Both the position numbers and the translations under genes were made by a program. A stretch of 64,000 nt of DNA. It comes from Candidatus Methanomethylicia archaeon (GTDB lineage Archaea; Thermoproteota; Methanomethylicia; CALHIW01). Shown in pieces: positions 42,802 through 53,741 of the stretch. The notes beneath the pieces were generated by a model that was given only the letters and a program-made list of their open reading frames with translations, had not been told where the DNA came from and made no database searches. How positions within the stretch are numbered: the stretch's first letter is position 1; every line of letters begins with the position of its first letter. The DNA is taken from NCBI GenBank assembly GCA_038845975.1, contig JAWBQF010000002.1, positions 93,652-157,651 of the forward strand, in the 5' to 3' direction.

Positions 42802-44028
42802 TCACCTTAAACTATCCTCAATAATATGAGCTGCTTTCTCAGCCTTAACTCTAGCTTCATCAATAGTTACTCCTCTCGCTAATACAATACCCATTCTACG
42901 TTCAGGGTATGTTACAGGCTTACCGAATAATCTAATGTTTACACCAGGTATTTTTAGAGCTTCTAGGATACTATATTTAGGAGCCCAAACATTGTCTTTA
43001 TGTGCTAATATTACATGTGCTGCTGCAGCTGTTAATACCTTAACTTCAGGTATTGGTAGGCCTAGAATTGCTCTAACATGAACTGCAAATTCTGAAAGAT
43101 CTTGGGACATCATTGTAACCATACCTGTATCGTGGGGTCTAGGTGAAACCTCGTTGAAGTATACTTCATTATTGGAAACTAGAAGCTCACATCCGAAAAC
43201 ACCTAAGCCACCAAGCCTCTCAACAATTCCCCTAGCTATTCTGCATGCTTTATCCTTAATATTACTAGATACTTTAGCTGGCTGCCATGATTCATGATAG
43301 TGGAATCCAGGTCTCTTATGCTCTACAGGCTCAAAGGTCCATGTAGTAATAGATCCATTATTGAAGCTACGTACAGTAAGAACTGTTAATTCAGTATCTA
43401 GCTTTAAGTACTCTTCAACTATAACCATTTCACTTTTACCTCTTGCACCCCTAATAGCATGCTCATAGGCTGAATCTATATCTTTATAGCTGTTAATTAT
43501 AGCTGATCCATGACCACTACTTGACATTTGAGCTTTTACAATACATGGATACCCTATACGTTCACAAACATCTCTAACATCATCTATAGATGATGCGAAA
43601 CCATACCTTGTAGTTTTAACACCAACCTCTTCTACAGCCAGCTTTCTAAGTAGTATTCTATCCATCGATATCTTAACTGCTTTAGCATTAGGTATGATGA
43701 AGTATCCCTCCTCTTCAAGCTCAATTAACGCGTTAGTATCTATAGCTTCAACTTCAGGAACTACAACATCAGGATTCTCCCTACGTATAATAGCTTTTAA
43801 AGCGTTTCCATTAAGCATGTTTACAACATATTTTCTATGTGAAACATGCATTGCTGGAGCCATATCATATCTATCTACAGCTACAACCTCAACTCCGAGA
43901 CGCTGAGCTTCTATAGCTACTTCTTTACCTAGTTCTCCAGAACCTAAAAGAACAATCTTCACAGAATCTCTAAGTAGAGGTGTTCCAACTTCACATCTGG
44001 GCTTACATAGTGGAGACATATATACCAC
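42802..44028 (-). CDS. purT: Formate-dependent GAR transformylase
   Basis: [41 protein letters not shown]. Confidence 0.95.
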   Translation of the reverse strand: MVYMSPLCKPRCEVGTPLLRDSVKIVLLGSGELGKEVAIEAQRLGVEVVAVDRYDMAPAMHVSHRKYVVNMLNGNALKAIIRRENPDVVVPEVEAIDTNALIELEEEGYFIIPNAKAVKISMDRILLRKLAVEEVGVKTTRYGFASSIDDVRDVCERIGYPCIVKAQMSSSGHGSAIINSYKDIDSAYEHAIRGARGKSEMVIVEEYLKLDTELTVLTVRSFNNGSITTWTFEPVEHKRPGFHYHESWQPAKVSSNIKDKACRIARGIVERLGGLGVFGCELLVSNNEVYFNEVSPRPHDTGMVTMMSQDLSEFAVHVRAILGLPIPEVKVLTAAAAHVILAHKDNVWAPKYSILEALKIPGVNIRLFGKPVTYPERRMGIVLARGVTIDEARVKAEKAAHIIEDSLR

Positions 44029-45509
44029 TAATAGTTAACAGTTATTTTACCCTTACCGGGAATCCAATCTAAATGTAAACCTAATAGTTTACGTGTAGCA
44101 CGATACTTATAGACGTTACGTATTGTTTCAGCCTGCTCGATCTGTCTAGCTAAAACATCCGGATCACCTATATCGGATCTGTGGAAAAGCCTCCATCCAT
44201 CAATAGACTTAACATAGCTAGTAGCCTTCTCACATATTCTACTAGCTTCAGTTATTGTTTCACTAAAAGCTATTATTTCAATAGCTCTAGAGCCCATGGT
44301 AACTAAACCATTATCTACCTTTTGAACAGATCCATAATATACCTTACAGCCTAAAGCATTAATTGAGTTTTCATCAACACTTATTAAATGCCCTCTAGCA
44401 AGATCTCTTCTCTGTGGATAGCCTTCAGGAGCTATGCATTTAACAACTGTAGCAATAGGCTTGAATTTAAGCTTAATCTTAGCAAGCTTTCCACTAACTA
44501 TAGCTTCAAAAAGCTCTACAATATCTGTCTCCATAGTAGCCATAATATTTAATGCTTCAGGATCACCTAGCCTACTATAGAATTCAATAATAGTTGGTCC
44601 CCAGAGAGTTGTTAGCATCATTTGGCCGGAGATAACTCCTCTATACCTAATACCGGTCTCCCTATATAGTGCCTTAATTGACTCCTCAACTATTCTAACA
44701 CTCTCCAAATATTCTTCTTCAGTTATGAATGGAAGATTATGTTTAGAATCTGCTATTGTACCCATACCTCCTGTTTCCTGACCTATTCCCATTTCAAAAG
44801 CAGCCTTATGATCCTGAACTAAAGGTGTAGGTAGAACTGTATATCCATCAGTAAAACATTGTAAAGTATACTCTGGTCCTTCAACCCTCTCTTCAACTAG
44901 GATTTTATCGTCAATATCTACATAATCCCTCATAATCTTCTCATATATATCCCTAGCATGCTTAACTTTAACTTCACATCTATCACTTGAAAGATATGTT
45001 TGCAAATCAGCAAGTACCTTAACCCCTTTACCGCCAACCTGTCTAGCAGGCTTTATCGCAATGCTTTCAGCGTACTCCTTCAAGTATTCAATAGCTTCCT
45101 CTACATTTTTAAAAACATGAAATCTCAATCTACCTGGAATACTATACTTCCACATTAGCCTCCTCATAAAAGCCTTAGACCTCTCAATCTCAGCAACCTC
45201 CCTCCTAGCACCTATACATGGTATTTGAGAATTCTCAACAGCATTAGCTACACCGTAGAATTGAGGTTCCTCCGGACCTATAACAACCATATCTACACCA
45301 AGTCTACTAGCTGTTCCAGCTACGAAGCTAGGATCTAGAAAATTCCCAATAACAACTCCACCATTAGTTTCCTCAGCAATTCTAGCTATACCTGGATTTC
45401 TATACGTCATTAGTGAGTATAGTCTTGGAGAATATGTGCTTCTAGCTATAGCATCAGCTATTGCATGTTCCCTAGCAGCCTCCCCTACAAGTAATATTTT
45501 AAACGTCAT
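44028..45509 (-). CDS. purD: Phosphoribosylamine--glycine ligase
   Basis: REHAI, NPG, IGPE, GGKGV, QDHK, ETGGMG, RLGDPE, GYP. Confidence 0.94.
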   Translation of the reverse strand: MTFKILLVGEAAREHAIADAIARSTYSPRLYSLMTYRNPGIARIAEETNGGVVIGNFLDPSFVAGTASRLGVDMVVIGPEEPQFYGVANAVENSQIPCIGARREVAEIERSKAFMRRLMWKYSIPGRLRFHVFKNVEEAIEYLKEYAESIAIKPARQVGGKGVKVLADLQTYLSSDRCEVKVKHARDIYEKIMRDYVDIDDKILVEERVEGPEYTLQCFTDGYTVLPTPLVQDHKAAFEMGIGQETGGMGTIADSKHNLPFITEEEYLESVRIVEESIKALYRETGIRYRGVISGQMMLTTLWGPTIIEFYSRLGDPEALNIMATMETDIVELFEAIVSGKLAKIKLKFKPIATVVKCIAPEGYPQRRDLARGHLISVDENSINALGCKVYYGSVQKVDNGLVTMGSRAIEIIAFSETITEASRICEKATSYVKSIDGWRLFHRSDIGDPDVLARQIEQAETIRNVYKYRATRKLLGLHLDWIPGKGKITVNY

Positions 45510-46771
45510 AAAGATACCTCAGGATAGAATCCTGTAAAGCATCCTAAGCAGAGTTCTCCACAATCTATACCTATTGCTTTCGAAAGCCTATCTATTGAAA
45601 GCCAATGAAACGAATCCGCACCAGTAACGTAGGATACCTCTTCATCACTTAAATTAGCTGCTATAAGTTCATCTCTTGGAGGAACATCTACACCGTAGGG
45701 GCATTCATACATTACCTTAGGACTTCCAACAAGTACATGAACCTCTTTAGCTCCAACCCTATTCTTTAGTAGTGAAACAATATTTCTAGTAGTTGTACCT
45801 CTAATAATACTATCATCAACAATAACTATCCTCCTCCCCCTAAAAACGCTTTTTATAGGGTTTAGCTTAAGCTGTACTCCAACAATACGTTCAAATATTG
45901 AAGGCTTAATTGCAGTTCTATATTTTCTACCTGTAGATATGAAGCCTATATGGAACTGTAATCCTAGTGTTTGAGCGTAAGCTATAGCAAAGGGTAAAGC
46001 AGTATCAGGTATTCCAATAACATAGTCAGCTTCAATAGGCCATTCTCTTGCAAGCTCAACACCAATTCTATACCTAGCATCATAAACTGAAACACCATCA
46101 ATAACTGAATCCGGCCTAGCGAAGTAAACATACTCGAAGGAGCAGAGTTTCCTATTAGTTTTAAATAGGACTTCACGTCTTATACTGTATGGAGTAAACA
46201 AATATGCTTCACCCGGCTTAACATCACTTTTAGGATCAGCACCTATACATTCAAGGGCAGATGTTTCAGATGCTACAGCACCATAATCAAATCCGTAAGC
46301 ACCAATAGAGAGAGGGTTTAAACCGAGAAAATCCCTAAACACTATAGCTTCACCACTTCCAGTTAAAGCTGTAAACGTTATTGGCTTATTAACTTCCCTA
46401 ACTAGCTTCTCAATAGCTTCAAAGAAATCATACCTACTAAGATTATTTGAAAGCTTTACAGCTAATTCTTCAGCTAAACTATTAGTACAGATTATAAGTT
46501 CGGTAGGCTTCTTCACATAGGACATGCATACACAATTACTTCTAGATGAAACATATCCTATAGAGGAGAAGCCTTGAATTAAATTTAGAACATTATCGTT
46601 GAAAACATTATCAACAAATCCCTGAGCTACGTAATGGTTAAGCATACCATTATAGGCTGCAATACCTGTAGATTCCTGTCCTCTATGTTGAAGTGCAAGT
46701 AGAGCATAATATGTAAATCTCGATGTTTTCCATGCATTATCGAAAGCATATATACTAGTAAACCCCACCAT
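45506..46771 (-). CDS. purF: Amidophosphoribosyltransferase paralogue lacking the N-terminal catalytic Cys
   Basis: LQHRGQES, CSFEYVYFARPDS, IVDDSIIRGTT, CPYG, CLGC. Begins MVGF instead of MCG; lacks GHVRY and HNG motifs. Confidence 0.85.
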   Translation of the reverse strand: MVGFTSIYAFDNAWKTSRFTYYALLALQHRGQESTGIAAYNGMLNHYVAQGFVDNVFNDNVLNLIQGFSSIGYVSSRSNCVCMSYVKKPTELIICTNSLAEELAVKLSNNLSRYDFFEAIEKLVREVNKPITFTALTGSGEAIVFRDFLGLNPLSIGAYGFDYGAVASETSALECIGADPKSDVKPGEAYLFTPYSIRREVLFKTNRKLCSFEYVYFARPDSVIDGVSVYDARYRIGVELAREWPIEADYVIGIPDTALPFAIAYAQTLGLQFHIGFISTGRKYRTAIKPSIFERIVGVQLKLNPIKSVFRGRRIVIVDDSIIRGTTTRNIVSLLKNRVGAKEVHVLVGSPKVMYECPYGVDVPPRDELIAANLSDEEVSYVTGADSFHWLSIDRLSKAIGIDCGELCLGCFTGFYPEVSL

Positions 46772-46775
46772 AAAC

Positions 46776-48167
46776 TCAACCTCTAAATAGGCTTTGTAGC
46801 TCATCGTAATTGTATGATGATCTAAGCGGATACTTACCTGTTAAACAGGCAAGACATAGATCCTCTGAACTACATCCTATTCCACGACATAAATCCTCAA
46901 CAGTATTATATATTAAAGTATCAGCATTAATTATCTCTCTAATTTCCTCAACACTATGTCTAGAAGCTATTAATTCACGTTCTGTAGGGAAGTCTATACC
47001 CATAAAGCATGGATAGAGGATTGGTGGGCAAGCTATACGTACATGTACTTCCCTACAGCCCTTAGCCTTCATTAATGGAATAATTCTCGTTAATGTAACT
47101 CCACGAACTATAGAATCATCAACAACTACTACCCCTCTATTCTCAACAAGCCTCCTAACTATGTGGAACTTAAGCTCAACAGCATTCCTTCTAGCATCAG
47201 ATTCAGGTAGAATAAATGTTCTACCAATATATCTATTCTTCATTATAACCTCCTCAAATGGAATACCGCTCTCCTCAGCAAAGCCAAGAGCACTACTTCT
47301 ACCTGAATCCGGAATTGGAGCTGTAAAATCAGCTTTAATAGGATTAGCCCTATATAGAGCTCTACCTAGGTTCTTTCTAACTTCATGTATAAGCTTACCG
47401 TTAATAATGGAGTCAGGTCTTGAGAAATATACGAATTCAAACATACACATAGCCCTTCTTAACGGGGGATATGCCTGTATCCTCTCAACAACCTCGCCAT
47501 TAGCTATAACTAATACCTCTCCAGGCTGAACATCACCTATACATATACCATCAATACATTCAATAGCAATACTTTCAGAAGCTATAGTGAAGCCATTATC
47601 TACAATACCATAGCTTAACGGTTTAAACCCATATGGATCCCTAGCAGCAACTATGTATCCATCACTAGTAAGTAGGGTAAGAGAGTAGGCTCCATCAAGA
47701 ATACTCATAGAGCTACGTAGAGCCTCAACATAGTCGAAACCCTCATCAACAAGACTTCTAGCTATAAGTAAACCAATAGTTTCAGTATCTGTTTCAGTTT
47801 TAAAAGTTGAATTCTTCAATATTTCTCTACGTATATAGTGATGGTTAACAATATTACCGTTAAACGCTATGGAAAACGATTTATTTGAAACATTAAGTAG
47901 GAATGGTTGAACTTCATAAATACTCCTTCTAGACCCAGTAGTGGAATATCTTACATGGCCAATAGCAGTACTACTATTAAGCTCAGTAATATCTACATGT
48001 CTAAAAACATCTGGAACAAGTCCAAACCCCTTATATACGTTAAGACTGGAATTGATAAATGCAATACCTGTAGATTCCTGTCCTCTATGCTGTAGTGCTA
48101 GGAGCATTTTAATAACTTTAGGGATAGCATTACATGACTTAAGACTTAAAGCAGCAATACCACACAT
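46776..48167 (-). CDS. purF: Amidophosphoribosyltransferase
   Basis: MCGI (Ntn Cys), QHRGQE, GHVRYST, NGN, VDDSIVRG, CFMGID, CLAC. Confidence 0.96.
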   Translation of the reverse strand: MCGIAALSLKSCNAIPKVIKMLLALQHRGQESTGIAFINSSLNVYKGFGLVPDVFRHVDITELNSSTAIGHVRYSTTGSRRSIYEVQPFLLNVSNKSFSIAFNGNIVNHHYIRREILKNSTFKTETDTETIGLLIARSLVDEGFDYVEALRSSMSILDGAYSLTLLTSDGYIVAARDPYGFKPLSYGIVDNGFTIASESIAIECIDGICIGDVQPGEVLVIANGEVVERIQAYPPLRRAMCMFEFVYFSRPDSIINGKLIHEVRKNLGRALYRANPIKADFTAPIPDSGRSSALGFAEESGIPFEEVIMKNRYIGRTFILPESDARRNAVELKFHIVRRLVENRGVVVVDDSIVRGVTLTRIIPLMKAKGCREVHVRIACPPILYPCFMGIDFPTERELIASRHSVEEIREIINADTLIYNTVEDLCRGIGCSSEDLCLACLTGKYPLRSSYNYDELQSLFRG

Positions 48168-48178
48168 AGAGAAATCAC

Positions 48179-48889
48179 CTAGCTAACAATTCTTCTATAA
48201 GCTTCAGTGTAGACATTGTAAACTTCAGATATTGAATGCCCCCTACGGTAAATATCCTTATCTAATGGTTTAAGCGTGTTTAAATCCCATAGCCTCATGG
48301 TATCAGGAGATAATTCATCACAAACCATTATATTACCTTCATTATCAAATCCGAACTCAAGCTTAAAATCAACAAGAACTAGATTACAAGTACCTAGATA
48401 TTTTGAAAGTACACTATTAACATTAAGAGTTATCTCCCTAACTTGATTTAGCTGATTAAAAGTTAAAATTCCAGCTTCTATAATATCATCATCAAGAACT
48501 AGAGGATCACTAAACTCATCATTTTTCAAGTGGAACTCAACAATAGGCTTACTTAACCTATACCCATACTTAATTAGAGGCATTCTCTTCAATAAGCCAC
48601 CAGCAGCAATATTTCTACAAACAACTTCAAGTGGAATAACGTTAAGTCTATGAGCTAATATACTGGATTCATCAAACATTCTTATGTAGTGATTACTAAT
48701 ATTGTAGGAGTGAAGAACATCAAAAAGTCTAGCTGAAATCTTAGCGTTAATTAATCCTTTACCATGAAGCTCGTCTCTCTTCACACCATCAAATGCTGTT
48801 AGCATATCCTTAAACTTAATAACTAGACTATTATCATCGTAAAGATAAACAATTTTAGTTTTACCCTCATAAAGCTTCAGCATAAACAA
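48179..48889 (-). CDS. purC: SAICAR synthetase
   Basis: YEGKTK, PLEVVCRN, LVDFKLEFG, DELSPD.MRLWD, DKD. Confidence 0.96.
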   Translation of the reverse strand: MFMLKLYEGKTKIVYLYDDNSLVIKFKDMLTAFDGVKRDELHGKGLINAKISARLFDVLHSYNISNHYIRMFDESSILAHRLNVIPLEVVCRNIAAGGLLKRMPLIKYGYRLSKPIVEFHLKNDEFSDPLVLDDDIIEAGILTFNQLNQVREITLNVNSVLSKYLGTCNLVLVDFKLEFGFDNEGNIMVCDELSPDTMRLWDLNTLKPLDKDIYRRGHSISEVYNVYTEAYRRIVS

Positions 48890-49144
48890 CCTAGTATAAA
48901 CCTTCTTATAAATTCGGTTTGTAAACTTTAATTAAATTTTACACGTTTAAGTTAATGAATAATACGACTTAAATCTGAAACTTACAAATTCAATTTATAA
49001 GGAATATCTTAATAGAAACTATAATCATAGCATTTATAGAAGTAAGAGAATAAATATTAAGGCAAATCTATAAAAACTTAACAATATTTATTGTAGACCC
49101 ACTACTAACTGTTAATTCATATTGAATTCTTGAAGCCAATAATA

Positions 49145-49429
49145 CTACTCCTTTTTCTCTTCTGTAGGTTTCTCCTCTACTTCCTTAAGCTCCTTCTCTA
49201 TTTCTTTCTCTATTTCCTCTATTGGTTTTGGTGGTGGTGTTGTAGCTAATGTATATCCTATCCATGCAAGTACTCCAAATACACCTCCAATAGCAACTGT
49301 TCCTGTAAGCTTTAACATTACTATATCAATATTAGGCCATGGTGGAAGAAATGTAAGCCATATATAGGCAACAATAACAACTACAGATACAACCATTAAA
49401 ATAGCGCCAATAACCTGATCCTTCGACAC
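49145..49429 (-). CDS. Two-TM membrane protein, DPM2-like N-terminus
   Basis: MSKDQVIGAILMVVSVVVIVAY...WIGYTLATTPPPKPIEE; likely start is GTG 49429. Confidence 0.75.
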   Translation of the reverse strand: MSKDQVIGAILMVVSVVVIVAYIWLTFLPPWPNIDIVMLKLTGTVAIGGVFGVLAWIGYTLATTPPPKPIEEIEKEIEKELKEVEEKPTEEKKE

Positions 49430-49841
49430 AGTAACAACACCAAGCAAAACTACAACACTAAAATATAAACTTAATTGTTAACAATATGGAGAATTCCATG
49501 AATTCCACATTAATACATTTCACAACTAAAGTTGGGAAGTTCTTGCTTCTAAAGCTTTCATTCAATTATTCACTATCCTTAATTCATCTTAGAGATAGAC
49601 TACCTGTTAACCTTGCTTGACAGTAATTGAGTGGCTTAAATAAGTAGCATCATATTCTAATAGGTATTTAACATTTTAATATTCTATGATTTAACTAGTT
49701 TACAGTTATATTCTACTATAAATTTCCAATAGTACATGTCTATTTAGGCTTTCAAACTTTAGATTGAGAATTGCTTAAAGAGCTTTAATGATGTAGCTGA
49801 AACATTTCCATTAATGAATAAAACTCTTCATAATTGTAGTT

Positions 49842-50217
49842 GGCTTTGTTAACTTTAGTTTTATTTTGGGTTTCCCCCTTATTTATGGTGTTAGTATGTC
49901 TAAAATTATTAGGTTTGTAGGAGAGAATCTCATTTACTCTAGCTTTATGGTGCTTATATTTCAGTTCATCTAGAATGGCTTCAGACATTTAGTTTATTGT
50001 TGTAGGAGTTATGCATCCATATTATGGTTTATCTTAAGCTTCTATGAGTTTGATAGGAGGAAAGTTAGATTTTATAGTTAATGGATACTATTATAATTGT
50101 AGGTTCTAGAATAGGGTTATGCATATTGCTTTCAGGCCATTATTAAGAAGCTAAAGAATTCATGGAAGCACAATATCGAAAATAGAGATGGTAAAACATG
50201 TTTAAGTTAACAAAGTC
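49842..50217 (+). mobile_element. Internally deleted IS6-family element (family A)
   Basis: TIR ggctttgttaactt / aagttaacaaagtc; interior homologous to 20100-20260; degenerate flanks ttgtagtt / ttatggtt. Confidence 0.75.
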
Positions 50218-50303
50218 TTATGGTTAAAGGTTGAGTTAATATATACTGGATAAGTTAACGTGTTAAATTATATTTATATTCTTGTTTTCTAATTGTATAG
50301 TAA

Positions 50304-51011
50304 ATGCCTAAAATCATTAAAGTAAACGAGTATCGTGAAGTTATTTATGATGAGAAGCAGTGGACTATACTTAGTAGGAAGAGGGAAATAGCTAGATACC
50401 TAATGGAGATTCTTAGGAGTATAAGCGTTAATGTAATGGTTCATGGTAGTATTGCTCGAGGGGATGTTGATGAAGATAGCGATATCGATATATTTATTCC
50501 AAGTATAATTTCACCATTTAGACTTGAAATCCTACTTGAAGATAGAGAAGTAACAGTATATCTTAGAAGAATTATTCAGGCAACACCAACAATGATTCCT
50601 AAAGTATACTATTACCTTGACCCTAAAGAGCTAATAGCAGTATCATATCCTCTAGCTAAACTGAATAGAAGAGAAATAGAGTTTTATAGATTTAGTGGAG
50701 TACTAGATTTGAGTAGGCTAGCTAGAAGTGAGAGGGTAGCAGGTATTAATAAAAGACTTGTATTTATTGAACCTACAAGCTATGGACATATTGAGTATAG
50801 TGTTATAGGCTGTGAAGCTGAGGCTGCTAGGAAACTTGGGGTTTCACCAAGTATTATTAAAGAGAGAATATCAATATTAACTAGACGTAGCAAAATCGGT
50901 AGAACAGGACTGTTTATAAGCTATGATGTACCTCATAACGAGCAGATTGAGGAAGCTATTGAGAAACTAGCTGTGAAAAACAAGATATTTAGAAAAATAA
51001 TTAGTAGATAA
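50304..51011 (+). CDS. Archaeal nucleotidyltransferase-domain protein (Pol-beta superfamily)
   Basis: HGSIARGDV...SDIDI, QATP, EFY.F.G, RVAG..KRL, GRTG. Confidence 0.85.
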   Translation: MPKIIKVNEYREVIYDEKQWTILSRKREIARYLMEILRSISVNVMVHGSIARGDVDEDSDIDIFIPSIISPFRLEILLEDREVTVYLRRIIQATPTMIPKVYYYLDPKELIAVSYPLAKLNRREIEFYRFSGVLDLSRLARSERVAGINKRLVFIEPTSYGHIEYSVIGCEAEAARKLGVSPSIIKERISILTRRSKIGRTGLFISYDVPHNEQIEEAIEKLAVKNKIFRKIISR

Positions 51012-51031
51012 CTTAAAGTAATCTAGAGTTA

Positions 51032-51760
51032 TTAATACGGATTATAGCTTAATTTATGGCTTACTATATCTATGAAGTCTGATAGATCAATATTTAGACT
51101 TAAAATTTCCAATACCTTGCCTGTAAGTATTTGAGCTGATTTAGGATCAGGATCTTCAGGATCTTCAGGATTTGGAGTTGTTCTGGAAAGAAGACATAGA
51201 GCATCCATATTCTTAATGTATGCTTCACCAAGTACAAGTCCAGTAAACCCCATAAGAGGACCACTATAGCTTACATTAAGCATGTATTTGGAGGAAAATT
51301 CTTTGATTAAATCCTCTCTTACAGCTGCAATACATACTGGATCACCTTCAACTCCATAGGCTGCAAGAGCAATAATTCTCTTAACACCAATATCATAGAG
51401 TAGATTAACTGTTTCTTCAGCGGCCTCCCATTGCCCATGAAAATTCGCCTGATAACCTTTTACAAGAACTATATTGTCGTAAAGATAAAACTTTACACTT
51501 GGAATCTTAATACTACCACTATCTATCAATACGCCAATATATCCATAAACTCTAGGATGAGTACTATATGATGGAGATGTTTCATACATTACTGGGAAAT
51601 GAGCTGAGTAAAGCTCAGCAAACAGTTTAGCATTAAGCTTAGATATTAAATATTCTAAAGCCAATACTCCAACAGATCTTAAGCCTGGAGATGCAGTAAT
51701 AGCTACTGCCTGATTTAAACTAGGCTTTGAATCTAAATATTTAATCCATGCTGTAGCCAT
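51032..51760 (-). CDS. PAC2-family proteasome assembly chaperone
   Basis: SPGLRSVG.LA..YLI..L.A, FAELYS.HFP, G..G..LG, DPKSA. Confidence 0.85.
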   Translation of the reverse strand: MATAWIKYLDSKPSLNQAVAITASPGLRSVGVLALEYLISKLNAKLFAELYSAHFPVMYETSPSYSTHPRVYGYIGVLIDSGSIKIPSVKFYLYDNIVLVKGYQANFHGQWEAAEETVNLLYDIGVKRIIALAAYGVEGDPVCIAAVREDLIKEFSSKYMLNVSYSGPLMGFTGLVLGEAYIKNMDALCLLSRTTPNPEDPEDPDPKSAQILTGKVLEILSLNIDLSDFIDIVSHKLSYNPY

Positions 51761-51775
51761 AACAACACCGGTAAA

Positions 51776-52555
51776 CTATCTAATATATGATGGACCCTTA
51801 AACCATGTCTTCTCATAAAGCTCCCTTAAAGCCTTCTCTTCAGCATCCTTAATCTTCTTAAACACCTCTTCAAACTCTCTCGCTCTAGACTCTATATCAG
51901 TCATATCGATTTCTAAACCTAAAATTCTAGTTAATACTTTAAGTAGGGATTCTGAAGCTTTAACATCTGCAACGTATCCATAATATGCTGTATATGATCC
52001 GGTTTCACCGAGAAGACATACTCCATCAATACCCATCATCTTAGCGTATCCCAGAACAATACCGTTAGCACCACTTATACTTCCCTCAGACATAGGTATA
52101 ACACCGTAGTATTTAAGCTCATTAGAGAGATTACTACTAGTTACAACACCATACACTTTAGGTTCACCTATTCTTTTCTCAACAACATAAGCAGCCATAG
52201 CATAAATTCTTCTTACAATACAACGTTTGGTAATTTCTCCAAGCAGTACGTCAATAAGTTCATGCTGTCCCTCGGGAGTTATAGGCTGCGTATTACCTGT
52301 AACTAGAACTATCTGTTTATCATTAAGACTTGATGAATATACCTCAATCTTTAAGGGTTCAATTACACCATTATCCCTCACGATAACAAATGATGGGAAA
52401 TGATGGGAGTAAACCTCGGCGAACAGTTTAGCATTAAGTTTCTCGATAAGATAATCTACTGCAATCTTAGCTACATATGCAATTCCTGGAAAACCAACTA
52501 TTAAGTATGGATTTTTAACATTCAACTCTCCTAGGAATCTAAATTTAACAACCAT
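51776..52555 (-). CDS. PAC2-family proteasome assembly chaperone
   Basis: GFPGIAYVAKIA.DYL, GNTQP, ISGANG, CLLGET, C-terminal SYIR. Confidence 0.9.
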   Translation of the reverse strand: MVVKFRFLGELNVKNPYLIVGFPGIAYVAKIAVDYLIEKLNAKLFAEVYSHHFPSFVIVRDNGVIEPLKIEVYSSSLNDKQIVLVTGNTQPITPEGQHELIDVLLGEITKRCIVRRIYAMAAYVVEKRIGEPKVYGVVTSSNLSNELKYYGVIPMSEGSISGANGIVLGYAKMMGIDGVCLLGETGSYTAYYGYVADVKASESLLKVLTRILGLEIDMTDIESRAREFEEVFKKIKDAEEKALRELYEKTWFKGPSYIR

Positions 52556-52661
52556 CAGAACCCTATTACCCAGTAGACTTTAAACTTTTCTATAATTGAG
52601 CTATACAACACCCTATATTTAACCATTATAAATTCAGTCTAACTTCGATACGTAGATGTTA

Positions 52662-53096
52662 CTAGAGACTTTCAATATATTTAAAAGCGTTAGCTATTAA
52701 CCATATAGTCATCGAAATAACTACTAGTATAAGTATGGATTGAATATCTATATTTATTCTGTATTCCTGATACTCTATTATTACAATGCCGAAACTCAAT
52801 AAACTTGATAAATAAACAATTACAATTATAGGTATAGATAAACCTATAATAACACCTATAATGTTTCCTGATAGTATTGAGATAGCTATTGATGATAGTA
52901 TTAAGCCTATTAAAACCCATATATTAAGTAGCTCCATATTAATTAGCTTACTAAATATTATCTGGCTTCCCATAGCTTGAGGAATTACAAGCCATTTTAA
53001 TACCGCTAAGGGTATAAGATAGTAGACAATATAGTTTACACAGCCATTCAAAACTCCAACTAAAAGCTTCTTAACTAGCTTAGCATTACTAGGCAT
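52662..53096 (-). CDS. Hypothetical membrane protein (~4 TM)
   Basis: Hydrophobic ORF tightly coupled to two upstream genes. Confidence 0.7.
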   Translation of the reverse strand: MPSNAKLVKKLLVGVLNGCVNYIVYYLIPLAVLKWLVIPQAMGSQIIFSKLINMELLNIWVLIGLILSSIAISILSGNIIGVIIGLSIPIIVIVYLSSLLSFGIVIIEYQEYRINIDIQSILILVVISMTIWLIANAFKYIESL

Positions 53097-53100
53097 TAAA

Positions 53101-53487
53101 TCACAATTTAATGTTAAGTTTTGGAGTAGATATACTTATCCTTACAATATTCATATAGTTTAAACTAAGTCTTACATAAATATCAGATGTAAAAATATTT
53201 TCTAGAGGTATAGTGTAGGTAAACATCGTAGACCCCTTCTTAAGATCTAAAACATAGGTTTTACTATAGTTTCCAGCTATAAGCGTTAATGTAAAGTCCT
53301 TCAATACTTCTCTACCGTTATAGGTTACGTTTAACAATATGTTTACTGAGTTTATGTTAAGTTTAGAGTTAACTGAAAATCTTAAGCTGGATAGATCAAT
53401 ATATAAATTGTAAAATATGTAGCTACATGCTGTTAAAGTAGCTATGAGGAGTAGGAGTGAACATACTTTAAGCGTAGTACTAATCAC
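53101..53487 (-). CDS. Hypothetical protein with N-terminal TM and a beta-rich domain
   Basis: TM, then NVTYNG...alternating beta pattern; 4-bp overlap with the upstream gene. Confidence 0.7.
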   Translation of the reverse strand: MISTTLKVCSLLLLIATLTACSYIFYNLYIDLSSLRFSVNSKLNINSVNILLNVTYNGREVLKDFTLTLIAGNYSKTYVLDLKKGSTMFTYTIPLENIFTSDIYVRLSLNYMNIVRISISTPKLNIKL

Positions 53488-53741
53488 TTCTCCTCAGCTC
53501 TTAACAACTGTACACCTCTACCCAGCATTATTGATCCTATAGCAATCATAACCCCCACCCATATAAGTCTAGGTATAATATTAGTAAAGACATTAATTAG
53601 GCTTGTAATAGCATCCTCAATACTACTCATATCTACATTTCTAGCTGAAGTATACTCTAAACATGCTAGTGTAAGGGAAGATGTTAAAATTATAAGCCCA
53701 ATAGTAGTTATTATAAGCCCTACTACTCTATTTTTAACCAT
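53484..53741 (-). CDS. Hypothetical two-TM protein
   Basis: Two hydrophobic helices; C-terminal IG..MLGRGVQL. Confidence 0.7.
   Translation of the reverse strand: MVKNRVVGLIITTIGLIILTSSLTLACLEYTSARNVDMSSIEDAITSLINVFTNIIPRLIWVGVMIAIGSIMLGRGVQLLRAEEK

Noticed and set aside
37985-48186. Multiple short alternative-frame and antisense ORFs in the pur operon (and similar ones in livH, larE, valS, HDAC, SSS)
   Set aside because: Shadows of well-supported genes.
49785-49988. 67-aa ORF
   Set aside because: Antisense to, and crossing the TIR of, the IS6 relic at 49842.
51142-51174. 9-bp tandem repeat ggatcttca in PAC2
   Set aside because: An in-frame PED-PED loop; ordinary low complexity.
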